The notes beneath the pieces were generated by a model. That model searched no databases and was not told where the DNA came from. It saw only the letters and a list, made by a program, of their open reading frames with translations. This document shows, piece by piece, positions 1 through 10,700 of a DNA stretch of 64,000 bases (positions within the stretch are counted from its first letter, which is position 1; the number at the start of each line of letters is the position of its first letter). This DNA comes from an uncultured Gemmatimonadales bacterium. Lineage in GTDB: Bacteria; Gemmatimonadota; Gemmatimonadetes; Gemmatimonadales; Gemmatimonadaceae. The position numbers and the translations under genes are program-made. The stretch lies in the NCBI GenBank assembly GCA_963701965.1, contig OY969695.1:2752001-2816000 (forward strand). The letters are read 5' to 3'.

Positions 1-37
1 GAAGGACGTAGAGTGGCTTATCGTATCCGAGTGTCAT
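1..37 (-). CDS. 5' end of a DUF2090-like (IolC C-terminal/aldolase-like) protein; runs off the window
   Basis: Manual translation MTLGYDKPLYVL from ATG at 37 with a GAGGTGG RBS; resembles the N-terminus of DUF2090 proteins; only 12 codons visible. Confidence 0.5.
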   Translation of the reverse strand, partial: MTLGYDKPLYVL

Positions 38-84
38 CAACCACCTCGCAATTGCGTTGTCCAGCACGCCGTACGGCGCTCGTG

Positions 85-2016
85 CTATCCGCGCTTCGCG
101 AGCAGAGCCCGCTTCGACGCGATCACTGCCATCAATGCGTGCCACGACTCGACGAACGCCGCCGCCCCATCCTTCTGCAGGCGGGCGGCGAGCGCGTGGA
201 TGTCCGTCCCTTCCGCGGCGAACCGCGCCAGTACAACGTCCGCTTCCCCGCCGTCCGCCCGCATGAGTGTCGGGACGTCGCCGTGCTCCGCGAGTTCGGT
301 CAGCGTGCCCTCGGGCATCGTGTTGACGGTGAACGGCGCGGCCAGCGCTCTGACATAGAACAGTTTGGATACGCCCGGATCCTTGCTCGCGGTGCTGGCC
401 CAGAGCAGCCGCTGGGGCCGCGACCCGGCGTTGTAGATGCGCTGCCAACGGGGCGAGGCGAGGAGCGAGCGATACGCCTGGTACGTGCGCTGGGCGACGG
501 CGAGGCCGAGCCGGTTGCGGAGCGCGGCGGGTACTGTGTCGGCGACGGCGGCGTCCCACCGGCTCACGAACACGGAAGCCACGGAGCTCACGTCCGGCTT
601 GAGGCCCGCATCCAGCCGGCGCTCGATGCCGCGGAGAAACGCCTCGGCCACCGCGAAGTAATGTTCGCGGGAGAACAGCAGCGTCGCGTTCACGGGGATG
701 CCGGCAAAGATGACCTCCTCGATCGCGGGCAGCCCTTCGCGCGTCGCCGGGATCTTGATCATGAGATTCGGCCGGTTCGCGCGCACGAAGAGATCTTTGG
801 CCGCCGCGACGGTGCCGGCTGTGTCGTAGGCGAGGAGCGGCGACACCTCGAGCGACACCCAACCATCGACATCATCGGTCCGATCGTAGATCGGGCGCAA
901 CACATTGGCGGCGCGCCTCAGATCATCGATGGCGAGGTCGAAAAACACTTCCTCGTCGGTGGCATCCGTCATGCGCGCCTCGGCGATCGCCACGTCGTAT
1001 GCCTGGCTCGTGGTGATGGCCCGCTCGAAGATCGTGGGGTTGGACGTGAGGCCGGTGACGGACAGGTCTTTCACGTACCGCGCGAGCGTGCCACTGGTCA
1101 ACAAGTCGCGCGTGATGTTGTCGAGCCAGAGGCTCTGTCCCAGCCGGTGGAGTTGGCCCGTGGCCCGCGTCGCCGGGCCGCGAGCGGGCGCGGCGCGTGG
1201 AAGGATGTACTGGACCACCGCGTCGGCGAATCCTTCGTCCTCGTACGAAGTCGTGACGACGTTCGCGTGCCGCTTGACCTCGTCACTGGCGTTGCCCATC
1301 GCAATGCTGAGCCCACTCCGCTCGAACATGGCGATGTCGTTCAGCTGGTCGCCGAGCGTGGCGATCTGCGCCAACGGTATCTTCAGATACCGCGACAGGC
1401 GCGTGATCGACGAGCCTTTGTTGGCCGCCGGGTGGGTCACGTCGAGGTAGTGCGGCTGGGATCGCACGGCAGTGACCTGCGTGCCGAACTCCTCCTGGAG
1501 GGCTCGCTCGCACGCCGCGACGCGATCGTGGTCGAGGCTCGCACCGACGATCTTCACGATGCCCGTCAGCACATCGTCGAAACTCGGCACCACCGTCGGC
1601 GCAAACTGGACGGTCGAGGTTTCCCGGTCGACGCGCGGGGCTTGGGCGTCGCGCACATACCACTGCGTCGCGGAGTAGAGCCACACGTCGATGCCATGCG
1701 ACTCGATCGCCTCGACGAGCGCGGGGAGCAGATAGTCCGGGATCGCCAGCTGATCGAGGAGGGAAAGATCCGGGAGCACGATGGCCCCGCCGTTGAAGGC
1801 GGCCATCGGCATGGTCAGCCCGAGGGGCTCGACGAGCATTTGCAGGCCGCGGGGCGGCCGGCCACTGGTGATGGCGAAGATGATCCCGTTGTCCCGCATC
1901 CGCTGCACGGCCTGTTTGGCGCGGTCAGTGATCACCTTCTCCTTCGTGACCACCGTACCGTCGACGTCGGCCAAGAGGGCAGCGATTGCAGGGGAGCCCG
2001 GGGTGGAAACGGCCAT
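85..2016 (-). CDS. tal: Cof-type HAD phosphatase / transaldolase fusion
   Basis: N-terminal DVDGT, TSGR, GDQLND..MF and AMGNA HAD-IIB motifs; C-terminal GQSLWLDN, GLTSNPTIF, MIKIPAT, NATLLFS and QRLLWAST transaldolase motifs; start set at MAVST. Confidence 0.9.
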   Translation of the reverse strand: MAVSTPGSPAIAALLADVDGTVVTKEKVITDRAKQAVQRMRDNGIIFAITSGRPPRGLQMLVEPLGLTMPMAAFNGGAIVLPDLSLLDQLAIPDYLLPALVEAIESHGIDVWLYSATQWYVRDAQAPRVDRETSTVQFAPTVVPSFDDVLTGIVKIVGASLDHDRVAACERALQEEFGTQVTAVRSQPHYLDVTHPAANKGSSITRLSRYLKIPLAQIATLGDQLNDIAMFERSGLSIAMGNASDEVKRHANVVTTSYEDEGFADAVVQYILPRAAPARGPATRATGQLHRLGQSLWLDNITRDLLTSGTLARYVKDLSVTGLTSNPTIFERAITTSQAYDVAIAEARMTDATDEEVFFDLAIDDLRRAANVLRPIYDRTDDVDGWVSLEVSPLLAYDTAGTVAAAKDLFVRANRPNLMIKIPATREGLPAIEEVIFAGIPVNATLLFSREHYFAVAEAFLRGIERRLDAGLKPDVSSVASVFVSRWDAAVADTVPAALRNRLGLAVAQRTYQAYRSLLASPRWQRIYNAGSRPQRLLWASTASKDPGVSKLFYVRALAAPFTVNTMPEGTLTELAEHGDVPTLMRADGGEADVVLARFAAEGTDIHALAARLQKDGAAAFVESWHALMAVIASKRALLAKRG

Positions 2017-2295
2017 GGGAACCCTCGGATACGGCGGCCGAGTCCGGCGGCACGCGTCCATACCACCGCCATCGCCGGTCACTGCAGCGCGTAGACTGTA
2101 TAGGTACCCGTGCGGCAAAACGCGCGCATGAGGACCAAAGTCTAAGGCATTGCAGGCCATGGCTTCGCCGCATTTGCGATCGCATCGCGGCGGTCACGAT
2201 AGGACAGTCTCTGTGCCATCGGTGATTTCCAGTGCTATTGGCGTGATTTGTGGCGCCCGGTTGCCGGGCACGATCCGGCGACCCATGATGTACGC

Positions 2296-3399
2296 ATGCC
2301 GGATGCACGCCAGCCGACCGACGGTTTGCGGAGTTCCCGGGTCGTAGCGCTCGCACTCGTCGTCGGAACATTCTTCGTCACCCAGGAAGCGTTGACCGAT
2401 CTCGCCGGGGGGCGATCGATCAACGTCGGCGCCGACGTGCGGGTCGCGCTGCTCTTCTGGGGCGCGTGGGCGCTCCTCACGCCCGCGGTGCTCGTGGCCG
2501 TACGCCGGTGGCCGCCCGACGCCAAGCCGATCTCCCGTTCACTGCTCGTGCACACGGCCGTGGCGGTGATCTTGGCGACCGTACAGTACGGGGTCGTGAT
2601 CACGCTCCGGTCGCTGCAGCTGTCTCTCCAGCACGGGGTCGGTCTCGGCGCGGCGTTTGACGGGGTCGCCAGCCCCAACGCGTTCGTGTGGGGCGTGTTC
2701 ACGGGCGTGTTCTTTTATGCCGTGGTCGCGATGGTCTACACGGTCGTGCGCTTCCAAAGTCTTTACGCTGCCGAGCGGATCAGCGCCGCCGCGTTGGAGG
2801 CCGAGCTCACGCGATCCAAGCTGGACACCCTGCGGTCGCAGCTTCGGCCCCATTTTCTGTTCAATACGTTGAACGCGATCTCCGTGTTCGTGACCGAGGA
2901 TGCGGGGAAGGCCGAGCAGATGCTGTTGCGGTTGTCGACGCTGCTGCGGCGGAGCCTCGACGAAGAGGCGCATGAAGTGCGGCTCGAACAGGAGTTGGCG
3001 TTCGTCAATGACTATCTGGATATCCAGCGCGGGCGATTCGGCGATCAGTTGCGTGTGGAAGTCACGGTCGATCCGGCGGTGCTCGACGCGCGCGTGCCGG
3101 TGTTTCTGATCCAGCCGCTCGTGGAGAACGCGATCGAGCACGGGAAGACCGACGACGCCTGCACGACGATCGTGTTGTCCGCGGGCCGCCAACACGACAT
3201 GCTGCACATCACGATCGTCGACGACGGCTTGGGATTCGGGGACGGCGCGCCGAGAGTCGAGGGGATCGGACTCGGCAACACGCGGGCGCGGCTCAATCAC
3301 CTCTATGGTCCGCAAGCGACCGTCGAGCTGCATGGGAGACCGGGGTCGCCGGGGACGCGCGTGGAGATTCGCATTCCCTTTGCACCGGTGCCCGCATGA
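2296..3399 (+). CDS. LytS/YehU-family membrane sensor histidine kinase
   Basis: TM N-terminus; LRSQLRPHFLFNTLN, QPLVENAIEHG and GIGLGN motifs. Confidence 0.9.
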   Translation: MPDARQPTDGLRSSRVVALALVVGTFFVTQEALTDLAGGRSINVGADVRVALLFWGAWALLTPAVLVAVRRWPPDAKPISRSLLVHTAVAVILATVQYGVVITLRSLQLSLQHGVGLGAAFDGVASPNAFVWGVFTGVFFYAVVAMVYTVVRFQSLYAAERISAAALEAELTRSKLDTLRSQLRPHFLFNTLNAISVFVTEDAGKAEQMLLRLSTLLRRSLDEEAHEVRLEQELAFVNDYLDIQRGRFGDQLRVEVTVDPAVLDARVPVFLIQPLVENAIEHGKTDDACTTIVLSAGRQHDMLHITIVDDGLGFGDGAPRVEGIGLGNTRARLNHLYGPQATVELHGRPGSPGTRVEIRIPFAPVPA

Positions 3400-4175
3400 A
3401 GGTGCTCATCGTGGATGATGAGCCGGTCGCGAGACGAGGGCTCCGGCGGCAGCTCGGAGTGCTGCCGGGTGTGACGTGCATCGGCGAGTGCGGCGGGCGG
3501 GCCCAGGCCATCGCGGCCATCGTCGAGCGGAGTCCCGACGTCGTGCTGTTGGACATCCAACTCGGCCGGGCGACGGCGTTCGAGATCATCGAGGAGATCG
3601 GAGTCGACGCGATGCCGTTGGTCGTGTTCGTGACGGCGTACGATCGGCACGCGCTGAAGGCGTTCGAAGTCCACGCCCTCGACTACGTGCTCAAGCCAGT
3701 TGACCCGGACCGTTTGCGCGAGGCGCTGGAGCGGGCGGCGTCGCAGCTCTCACTCCAGCGCGGCGCGTCACTGGCCGACCGGCTGGAGGGGCTGCTGGCG
3801 CAGCATGCGGCGGTCGCTCCGGAGACGGTGCCGTCGTCGGCCGACCGTCTGGTGGTGCGGGACGCGGACCGTCTGTCGTTGATCGAGATCGAGCAGGTCG
3901 ATTGGTTCGAGAGCGCCGGCAACTATGTCCGCGTGCACAGCGCCGGTCGGGCGTATCTCATGCGCACGACCATGGATCGCATCGCGCAGCGGGTGGCCGG
4001 GCGGAGCGCATTCATCCGCGTGCGGCGTTCCGCGCTCATCAACGTTCGGGCGGTGGCGACGCTGGAGCGCTATGGGAAGGGGACCTACGTCGTTCATCTC
4101 CGGAATGGGACGAAGGTGATCTCGAGCCGCTACTATCAGCCCGGTCTGCGCCGGCTGCTCGGATCGTCAGCGTAG
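3396..4175 (+). CDS. LytTR-family response regulator
   Basis: Receiver domain (VDDE, LLDIQ, FVTAYD, DYVLKP) plus LytTR domain; ATGA overlap with the kinase. Confidence 0.92.
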   Translation: MKVLIVDDEPVARRGLRRQLGVLPGVTCIGECGGRAQAIAAIVERSPDVVLLDIQLGRATAFEIIEEIGVDAMPLVVFVTAYDRHALKAFEVHALDYVLKPVDPDRLREALERAASQLSLQRGASLADRLEGLLAQHAAVAPETVPSSADRLVVRDADRLSLIEIEQVDWFESAGNYVRVHSAGRAYLMRTTMDRIAQRVAGRSAFIRVRRSALINVRAVATLERYGKGTYVVHLRNGTKVISSRYYQPGLRRLLGSSA

Positions 4176-5072
4176 CGTACGGGCGACGCGGAACCCCAGC
4201 ACGACGTCGCGGTTGTCGGCCGGGTTCCTCTCGCGCGTCGCGGGGCGGAGGAGCCAGGATGGGTAGAACCACGACCCGCCGCGATCGACGCGGAGGCAGT
4301 CCTTTGCCGTCTCGACGGCGCGGCCATCGTGCGGCGCGGTGGTGTAGTTGTCGATATAGCAGTCTTCCGTCCATTGCCAGACGTTGCCCACCATGTCGTA
4401 GAAGCCGAGGGGGTTCGCCGGCTTCGAGCCCACCGGGTGCGGGTGACCCTCGGCATTGGCGTCGTGCCAGGCGTAGCGTGGTGCGTCGGTGTCCTCGTCG
4501 CCCCACCAGAACCGCGTCGTCGTGCCGCCGCGTGCCGCGTATTCCCACTCCGACTCTGTGGGGAGTCGGTAGCCGCGATGGACGGTGGTATTGAGCCAAG
4601 CGACGTAGGCTTGCGCGTCCGTCCACGAGATGCAGACCACGGGGTCGCGGTCGGTTTGCGGGAAGCCGGGGTTTTGCCAGTTGGTGCCGGGGAGTTTCTT
4701 CCACAGCGAGTTGTCGGCGTGGACGCCGTCGGAGACGTGGCATCCATTGCCCGCGGCGTATCCGGTTGCCCGCACGAAGGCGGCATATTCGCTTCGCGTC
4801 ACATTGTATCGGCCCAACGCGAAGGACGCGAGCGTCACGTCGTGGGGCGGGGATTCATCGGCTACGGATGCCGGGGTGGCACCGTGATCGACGGCCCAGG
4901 CGCGCGCGGCCGCCGAGGAGCCCATGGTGAACGAGCCAGCGGGTACGACGACCATCTCGGGGCAGGCCGGGCAGTCGCGGAACGCGCTCCCCGGCGTACG
5001 GTCGGACTGTGCGGCGGCGGTCGCCGTCGATGTTAGCGCTGCCAGGAGCCAGGCGGCTCTAGTACTCGCCAT
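4167..5072 (-). CDS. Secreted formylglycine-generating enzyme (SUMF1/FGE-sulfatase) family protein
   Basis: Signal peptide; FRDCPACPEMVVVPAG, RLPTESEWEYAARGG, YDMVGNVWQW and GFRVAR motifs. Confidence 0.9.
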   Translation of the reverse strand: MASTRAAWLLAALTSTATAAAQSDRTPGSAFRDCPACPEMVVVPAGSFTMGSSAAARAWAVDHGATPASVADESPPHDVTLASFALGRYNVTRSEYAAFVRATGYAAGNGCHVSDGVHADNSLWKKLPGTNWQNPGFPQTDRDPVVCISWTDAQAYVAWLNTTVHRGYRLPTESEWEYAARGGTTTRFWWGDEDTDAPRYAWHDANAEGHPHPVGSKPANPLGFYDMVGNVWQWTEDCYIDNYTTAPHDGRAVETAKDCLRVDRGGSWFYPSWLLRPATRERNPADNRDVVLGFRVARTLR

Positions 5073-6537
5073 AGTGTCCTTTCGTTGCGTCGAGCAGGGC
5101 GTGGGGATCGTATCCAATGCCGTCCTTGAAGACGATTTCGACGTTTTCGATGTCCGCGATGTGTGTGGCGGGGTCGCCTTTCATCACGACCAGGTCCGCG
5201 TTCTTTCCGACGGCGATGGAGCCGATGTGTTGGGCGCGGCCGAGGAAGGTGGCGCCGTTGAGGGTCGCGATGCGGATGGCTTGGACGGGGCTGAATCCGG
5301 CGACGACCAGGAGCTCGATTTCCCACTGGTCGCCAAAGCCCGGGAGGAGACCGTGGAGGCCGACCGGATCCGATCCGGCGAGCAGGAGGCCGCCGGCCGC
5401 GGCGAATGCGCGCTCCAGCGCCATGTCCCGGGCGAGCAGGCGCGCGGGGTCGCTGCTCGCTTTGGACGTGCGCCGCCAGTCGGAATAGGTTTGGCGGACG
5501 GGCGGTGCCATGGCATCGAGTACGGCGGGGCGCGGCGCCGGCAGCGCGTCGGTGTCGCCGCCGAGGCCTCGCACGGACGCCGCGGTGCCGGGCAGGGTGG
5601 ACGTGATGGCCACGTGATGTCGCAGGAGATCGTCGATCAGGCGCTTGGCGTCGGGGCCATCGGCGCTCATGTGATCGAGCGTGTAGTCGCCGCCGCTCGT
5701 CGAGCAGGTGTCCGGTCGCTTGTCGGGGTCCATCCCGGTGTTCGTGAAGAACCCGTGCTCGAGGTTATCGATGCCCGCGTCGATCGCTTCCTCGTAAGTG
5801 ACGGAGCACAGGTGCCCGGTGACCTTGATCCCGCGTTTGTGGGCTTCCTCGATCGCGGCCCGCAGCTCTTCGCGGGTGATGTGGGTGTACGCTTTGAGCG
5901 ATGTCACGCCGCGATCGGCCCAGTAGCGCACCGTCTCGCGAGCATCGTCCGGTCCCGTGAGCTGGTGCATCTGGAGATTGGGACTGGCGCTGGCGCCTTC
6001 CAAGTAAGGACCGGTGACGTCGAGGTGTGGCCCAGGGACGACGCCGGTCTCGATCAGATGCGCGAGTCTCAGGTCGGTGTACGGGTCGATGCTGCCCGCG
6101 GTGCGCATGGTCGTGACGCCGTTCGCCAGATAGAGGCGGGGCGCCGAGAAGCTCATTTGCAGGAACAGGGCGGGCGGATCGAAGGTGTTGTCGCTCTTGA
6201 GGCCGGGGCGCGCCAGGTACCACAGGTGGTCGTGCATGCCGACGATACCGGGCATGACCGCGTATCCCCGCAGGTCGAGGATGGTGGTGCTGTCGTGCGG
6301 CAGCCGATCGGCACCAGCCGCGATCGCGGTGATCTTGCCGTCCTCGATCGTGATATTCCGATCCATGCTCGGAGCGCCGCCGGTGCCGTCTATGATCTCG
6401 ACGTGCTCGAGGATGACCTTCGCGGTGCCGACGCGCACGTACTTCCGGACTTCGGGCGCCAGCGAGTCCGGGCGCGGGGCTTGGGCGCCCGCGGCGGAGC
6501 ACAGCGCCGCCAATGAGAGAACTGTCGTGAGTACCAT
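5059..6537 (-). CDS. Secreted metal-dependent amidohydrolase
   Basis: PGIVGMHDH metal motif, LEHG, GSD and GSIAVGKNADLV; signal peptide. Confidence 0.88.
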   Translation of the reverse strand: MVLTTVLSLAALCSAAGAQAPRPDSLAPEVRKYVRVGTAKVILEHVEIIDGTGGAPSMDRNITIEDGKITAIAAGADRLPHDSTTILDLRGYAVMPGIVGMHDHLWYLARPGLKSDNTFDPPALFLQMSFSAPRLYLANGVTTMRTAGSIDPYTDLRLAHLIETGVVPGPHLDVTGPYLEGASASPNLQMHQLTGPDDARETVRYWADRGVTSLKAYTHITREELRAAIEEAHKRGIKVTGHLCSVTYEEAIDAGIDNLEHGFFTNTGMDPDKRPDTCSTSGGDYTLDHMSADGPDAKRLIDDLLRHHVAITSTLPGTAASVRGLGGDTDALPAPRPAVLDAMAPPVRQTYSDWRRTSKASSDPARLLARDMALERAFAAAGGLLLAGSDPVGLHGLLPGFGDQWEIELLVVAGFSPVQAIRIATLNGATFLGRAQHIGSIAVGKNADLVVMKGDPATHIADIENVEIVFKDGIGYDPHALLDATKGHYGEY

Positions 6538-6558
6538 CGTCACACACGTTACGGAGCG

Positions 6559-7500
6559 GTGTGTGGGAAGGCCTACACTTTGGCGATGGACGGGGGTGTC
6601 GCCGGGATGAAGGGTACCGTGCGCGTGTTCTCTTGCGCCGCGGTTACTAGATTCATCGCGCACACTGACGGAGGTTCACATGGTACGGCACACACCGGCG
6701 CAGTGACGCGTACTGGCGGAGATGCGGGCGACCGATCATCGACTGATCCGTCGAGGGGACCCGCGGCTCACGAACCTCTCGACGCGTGGTTGCGACGGGA
6801 TCTGCTCGCTGAGTTCGGACCAGAACGTGAGTCCGAGCCGTGGGCCGCCACACAGGTCTCCCGCGTCATGACGCGCCTCTTAACAGCGCGCGAGACCGGG
6901 CGACCGATAACAGCAGAGATTCTCTGGGTGCGTGAGGTTACGGCATTCACCGTACCGGGTCACTACGCCTACGTCTCGCGCCGCCTCCTCGAGCGGTGTG
7001 CTACTGACGATCCTGTTGCCTTCGCCCTGGCCCACGAGATCGCGCACCATGATCTGGGTCATCTGCGTGGTTTAGACGAATTCGCCGCGAGCATCCCTCG
7101 CGGGCTCGACGGTCTGCGCACGGGCCGGGCGCTGCTCCTGGTGGCGCTCCTGCTGATTGAGCGACGTGTCCACGGTCCCGAAAAGGAAGCCCATGCTGAC
7201 GCGCGCGCCCTCGAACTGTGTCTGGCTGCAGGGTATGATGGTGAGCGGTGCATCCACCTCTTCGACATCCTCGAAGCCGATGCGCTCGACCGAGGGGATC
7301 TCGACGGAGTTTTCGGGACGGAGGACTCTCTTGTGTCGCCCGCCGATGGCGATCACTCCTGGTTGCAGGAGGCCCGCGAGTGGCTTTGGGAGCGTGTACG
7401 CGGCTACTTGCCGATCAGAGAACGCAAGGCGCGCCTCCGCGCATTGATACGAAGTGCTCCTGGGTGTCCGTCCCATCGTGACGACGCCCGGCATGCCTGA
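6559..7500 (+). CDS. M48-family zinc metallopeptidase (start uncertain)
   Basis: AFTVPG, LAHEIAH and E..AD motifs. Confidence 0.75.
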   Translation: MCGKAYTLAMDGGVAGMKGTVRVFSCAAVTRFIAHTDGGSHGTAHTGAVTRTGGDAGDRSSTDPSRGPAAHEPLDAWLRRDLLAEFGPERESEPWAATQVSRVMTRLLTARETGRPITAEILWVREVTAFTVPGHYAYVSRRLLERCATDDPVAFALAHEIAHHDLGHLRGLDEFAASIPRGLDGLRTGRALLLVALLLIERRVHGPEKEAHADARALELCLAAGYDGERCIHLFDILEADALDRGDLDGVFGTEDSLVSPADGDHSWLQEAREWLWERVRGYLPIRERKARLRALIRSAPGCPSHRDDARHA

Positions 7501-7592
7501 AGATGTTCACCGGTATCCAGGAGTGACGCGCCTAGCCCCCGACTGTCGAGCGCTGGCCGCTAGCCAACGCCTCAGGCGGCGGCGATGTGCGA

Positions 7593-7620
7593 AGGAGCTG
7601 GATTACAACCATCCGCTCCT
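7593..7620. terminator. Possible hairpin between the convergent M48 and fic genes
   Basis: AGGAGC(T)GGAT...ATCCGCTCCT inverted repeat. Confidence 0.35.
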
Positions 7621-7627
7621 AGTTAGG

Positions 7628-9028
7628 CTACGGCAGTAGGCGTTGCGGTGAAGTCTGACCTGCCGCTTGGCGCGCGTCGGCGACGTTCGAAAGGCGCTCG
7701 TACAGGTTACGAGGAACTGTGAAGTTGAATGTTCGGCCGACCTTGCTCGTGATCAGCAAGTGCTGATCAGCCAAATCGAGCAGATCGGCCCGCGCGGTCG
7801 CGTAGCTCACATTATGAGATCTGCGGTGAGATTCGAAAGTGTATTCTGCGTGGGGACGCTTTAGAGCGTGATTCATTAGCGCGAGCTGCCTGTAGTTGAG
7901 TTGATTCTTGATTGCATCCGACTGCTGTAGCAAGCCAGCTGTCTTCTTCAGATCGACAGCTTTCTTGGCCAGGTACAGATGGAGCTCCTGAATAGCCTGT
8001 GTGACAATGCGAAGTTGCCCAAGGATGAAGTACGTAGCGTCATTGTCATCCGTCTCTGTATAGAGAAATGAACGGCCGTACGCACCGCGAGCCTTCTTGA
8101 TAATCCGCGATATGGATAGGAACTCGGCGAGCCAGTAGCCTTGGCGCACCATGGACCAGTAGAACAGTGCACGCGCGGTGCGGCCGTTGCCGTCAACAAA
8201 CGGGTGGTCATAAGCGAGCCAGAAATGAAGCAGGACGGCACGTATCACCGGATGCACAAAAGGATCCGCTGACTGCTGATTCGCAAACGCGCACATTTGT
8301 TCTATGCGCCACGCGAGTTCGTTGGCTGGTGGAGGGTCGTGGAGCATCGTGCCAATTTCGTCCGAAACGCAAATGTGCTCGTCGGCGTTGCGTGTTCGCC
8401 CGGCAGCGTCAGGATCGTCGAGAGTTCCGTCAACGAGTGTGCGATGGATCTCAAAGAGAATCTTTGGCGTTAATGGTTGGTCGATGACATCTCTGATAAA
8501 AAGGAGAGCCCGGTAGTTGTTGTAAATCATGCGCTCGCTGCGATCTTGTGGCTCTCTGCCGCGTTTGATCATGTTCTTAGCCACTTCTCTAGTTGTCGCG
8601 GCGCCTTCCAGTTGGCTGGAAGTAATTGCCTCCTCGATCAGCGAGGAATAGAGATATGTGTCGCGCGTCTGGGGATTCGTTACCTGTTCACTGATTTGAA
8701 TGGTTCCACTGGCGTCGCGGTCGATCTCATGTAGCAGTCGTTGGGCTATGTCGGGAAGCGCGTACTGAAACGGCATCCCTCCTTTGTCCTGAAGAGGAAT
8801 GGTTTGATACATTGCGGTTCGAGCCATCTTCAGGCCGAGCCACCACTGCTCAACTGTCAGTCCCGATGGCGGCTCGAGATGTCGCAGAATGTCCCAATGC
8901 TGGTACTTGCCGCGTACCAGTGCGCCGGTGCGAGCCGCAGCGATCTTGAGCCAGACTTGCGGACCACCTGCCGCGATTTCGCTCTGCATCAACGCGTAGA
9001 AGGTCGGTGGACTAACGGGGATTTTCAT
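7628..9028 (-). CDS. Fic-domain protein (AMPylase) with C-terminal HTH
   Basis: HPFVDGNGRTAR catalytic motif; TSSQLEG inhibitory motif (class II); visibly lower GC than neighbours. Confidence 0.92.
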   Translation of the reverse strand: MKIPVSPPTFYALMQSEIAAGGPQVWLKIAAARTGALVRGKYQHWDILRHLEPPSGLTVEQWWLGLKMARTAMYQTIPLQDKGGMPFQYALPDIAQRLLHEIDRDASGTIQISEQVTNPQTRDTYLYSSLIEEAITSSQLEGAATTREVAKNMIKRGREPQDRSERMIYNNYRALLFIRDVIDQPLTPKILFEIHRTLVDGTLDDPDAAGRTRNADEHICVSDEIGTMLHDPPPANELAWRIEQMCAFANQQSADPFVHPVIRAVLLHFWLAYDHPFVDGNGRTARALFYWSMVRQGYWLAEFLSISRIIKKARGAYGRSFLYTETDDNDATYFILGQLRIVTQAIQELHLYLAKKAVDLKKTAGLLQQSDAIKNQLNYRQLALMNHALKRPHAEYTFESHRRSHNVSYATARADLLDLADQHLLITSKVGRTFNFTVPRNLYERLSNVADARQAAGQTSPQRLLP

Positions 9029-9372
9029 TTGTTACGTTCACCAATCCTGGAATTGTCGTCATACATTTGTGACATGCTACTCCTTAACTAGTTGTGCTGT
9101 AGTCAATTATCGCGCAAATATCAATTTATGACAGATTGATATTTAGTTGATAAGTTATAATCGGGATACCCGAATATCAATCCGAAATGAATTGATATTT
9201 CGCACCTTCTCCTTTTGGCTAAGGTGACGCTGGCTGATTAGGCCATGGCCTCGGGGCCCCGAGACGCCATTGGGGGATCTGACTCGGGGCCGCCTGCTGG
9301 GCGACGTTGCTGTGCTTGCTCGGCGGGCCGGCCGGAGCAACGATAGTCGGTATCGCGAGCGGAGCGACTGTC

Positions 9373-10200
9373 ATGCCCAGCATCAGGACCAGCAGGATCA
9401 CCATGCATTACGATGCGCAGGGAAAGGGTGAGCCACTCATCCTCATTCCGTATCTGGCGGCTGACTATGCGTGTTACGCCTTCCAGGTTCCGGAGTATTC
9501 CAAGCACTTTCGCTGCCTCTCTGTCGACTTGCGCGGGACGGGCGAATCGGACAAGCCCAATGGTGTGTACACGACCGAGGACCTCGCGGACGATATCGCG
9601 GCGTTCATGCAGGCAATGGGGATTGAGCGTGCGCACCTTTTTGGCATGTCGCTCGGCGCAGCCGTGGGACTGTGGGTCGCAGCGAAGTATCCGGACAAAG
9701 TGCAGTCGCTGTCGGCGCACAGCGCGTGGCCGAAGACGGATTACTACGTGGAGACCCTAGCTCGGGATTGGCAGGTGGTGGCCCGGGCTCTCGACGACAT
9801 TCCCGAAATGACGGTGCGTTGTATCCTCCATTGGTGCCTATCGCCAGCGCTGTACGACACCAAGCCGGACTACATCGGGACCCTGGAGGAGTTCATTCGC
9901 GGCCGGCCCTCGCAGCCTGTGCCGGCGTTTCTCCTGCAGTCGAACGCGGTGATTCGGCATGACGCGACATCGCAGCTCGGTCGGATCACGGCGCCGACCC
10001 AGATCACGTTCGGCGCGCTCGACCTCGTCACCTCGACCCGCTTCGCGACCCCGCTATGCGAAGGCATTCCCAGCGCTGAGCTGTTGGTGTTCGACGGGTG
10101 TGCGCACGCGGCGCTCTACGAGCACGTCGAGGAGTTCAACGAGAAGACCGTGCAGTTCCTGTTGCGGCATACTAGGAGGGGCGCCGGGCAACTCGCGTGA
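9373..10200 (+). CDS. Alpha/beta hydrolase
   Basis: DLRGTGES, GMSLG nucleophile elbow and C-terminal catalytic His. Confidence 0.88.
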   Translation: MPSIRTSRITMHYDAQGKGEPLILIPYLAADYACYAFQVPEYSKHFRCLSVDLRGTGESDKPNGVYTTEDLADDIAAFMQAMGIERAHLFGMSLGAAVGLWVAAKYPDKVQSLSAHSAWPKTDYYVETLARDWQVVARALDDIPEMTVRCILHWCLSPALYDTKPDYIGTLEEFIRGRPSQPVPAFLLQSNAVIRHDATSQLGRITAPTQITFGALDLVTSTRFATPLCEGIPSAELLVFDGCAHAALYEHVEEFNEKTVQFLLRHTRRGAGQLA

Positions 10201-10368
10201 GACATGCTGGACTGAGGAGCGCTTCACGGAACGGGTGAGGCATGACTGTGGGCGGCGTAACGTGCGAAACGCCCACGTTTTGCCTAAAGGGGTGCCCCGA
10301 GACGCATGCGAACGGCAGTGGCGTAGCTTGAGGAAGCTCAATCAGGGCACTACGTTACACCGTCTTCC

Positions 10369-10441
<73 letters not shown>

Positions 10442-10700
10442 TGATTGCCTGAGTGTGGATCTTGGACTTTGTCCCTCTCGCGCGCGCCGTATGCTGGCGA
10501 CCGCCTTCATCTCTCAATCGCAAGTCAGTGCAACGCCGCTCGACCGCCGAGATGGAAGCGGCTGTCGAGAGTGCGATTCACAACCTCCCAGAGAGCAAGC
10601 AGTCGACTGGTGATGGGACCCAGATGAGTCACGCCCTACATCGCCTTAGGCACTCACCAAAGAAAGTAGAAGCCAGGTAGGGCCCGAGAAGGCTAAAGAC

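Noticed and set aside
13..2094. 693-aa plus-strand ORF and similar long antisense ORFs (14261-16519, 21583-23493, 23372-25411)
   Set aside because: Shadow frames of well-supported genes with no recognisable motifs
10453..10680. 75-aa ORF after tRNA-Phe as an integrase remnant
   Set aside because: No recognisable recombinase motif
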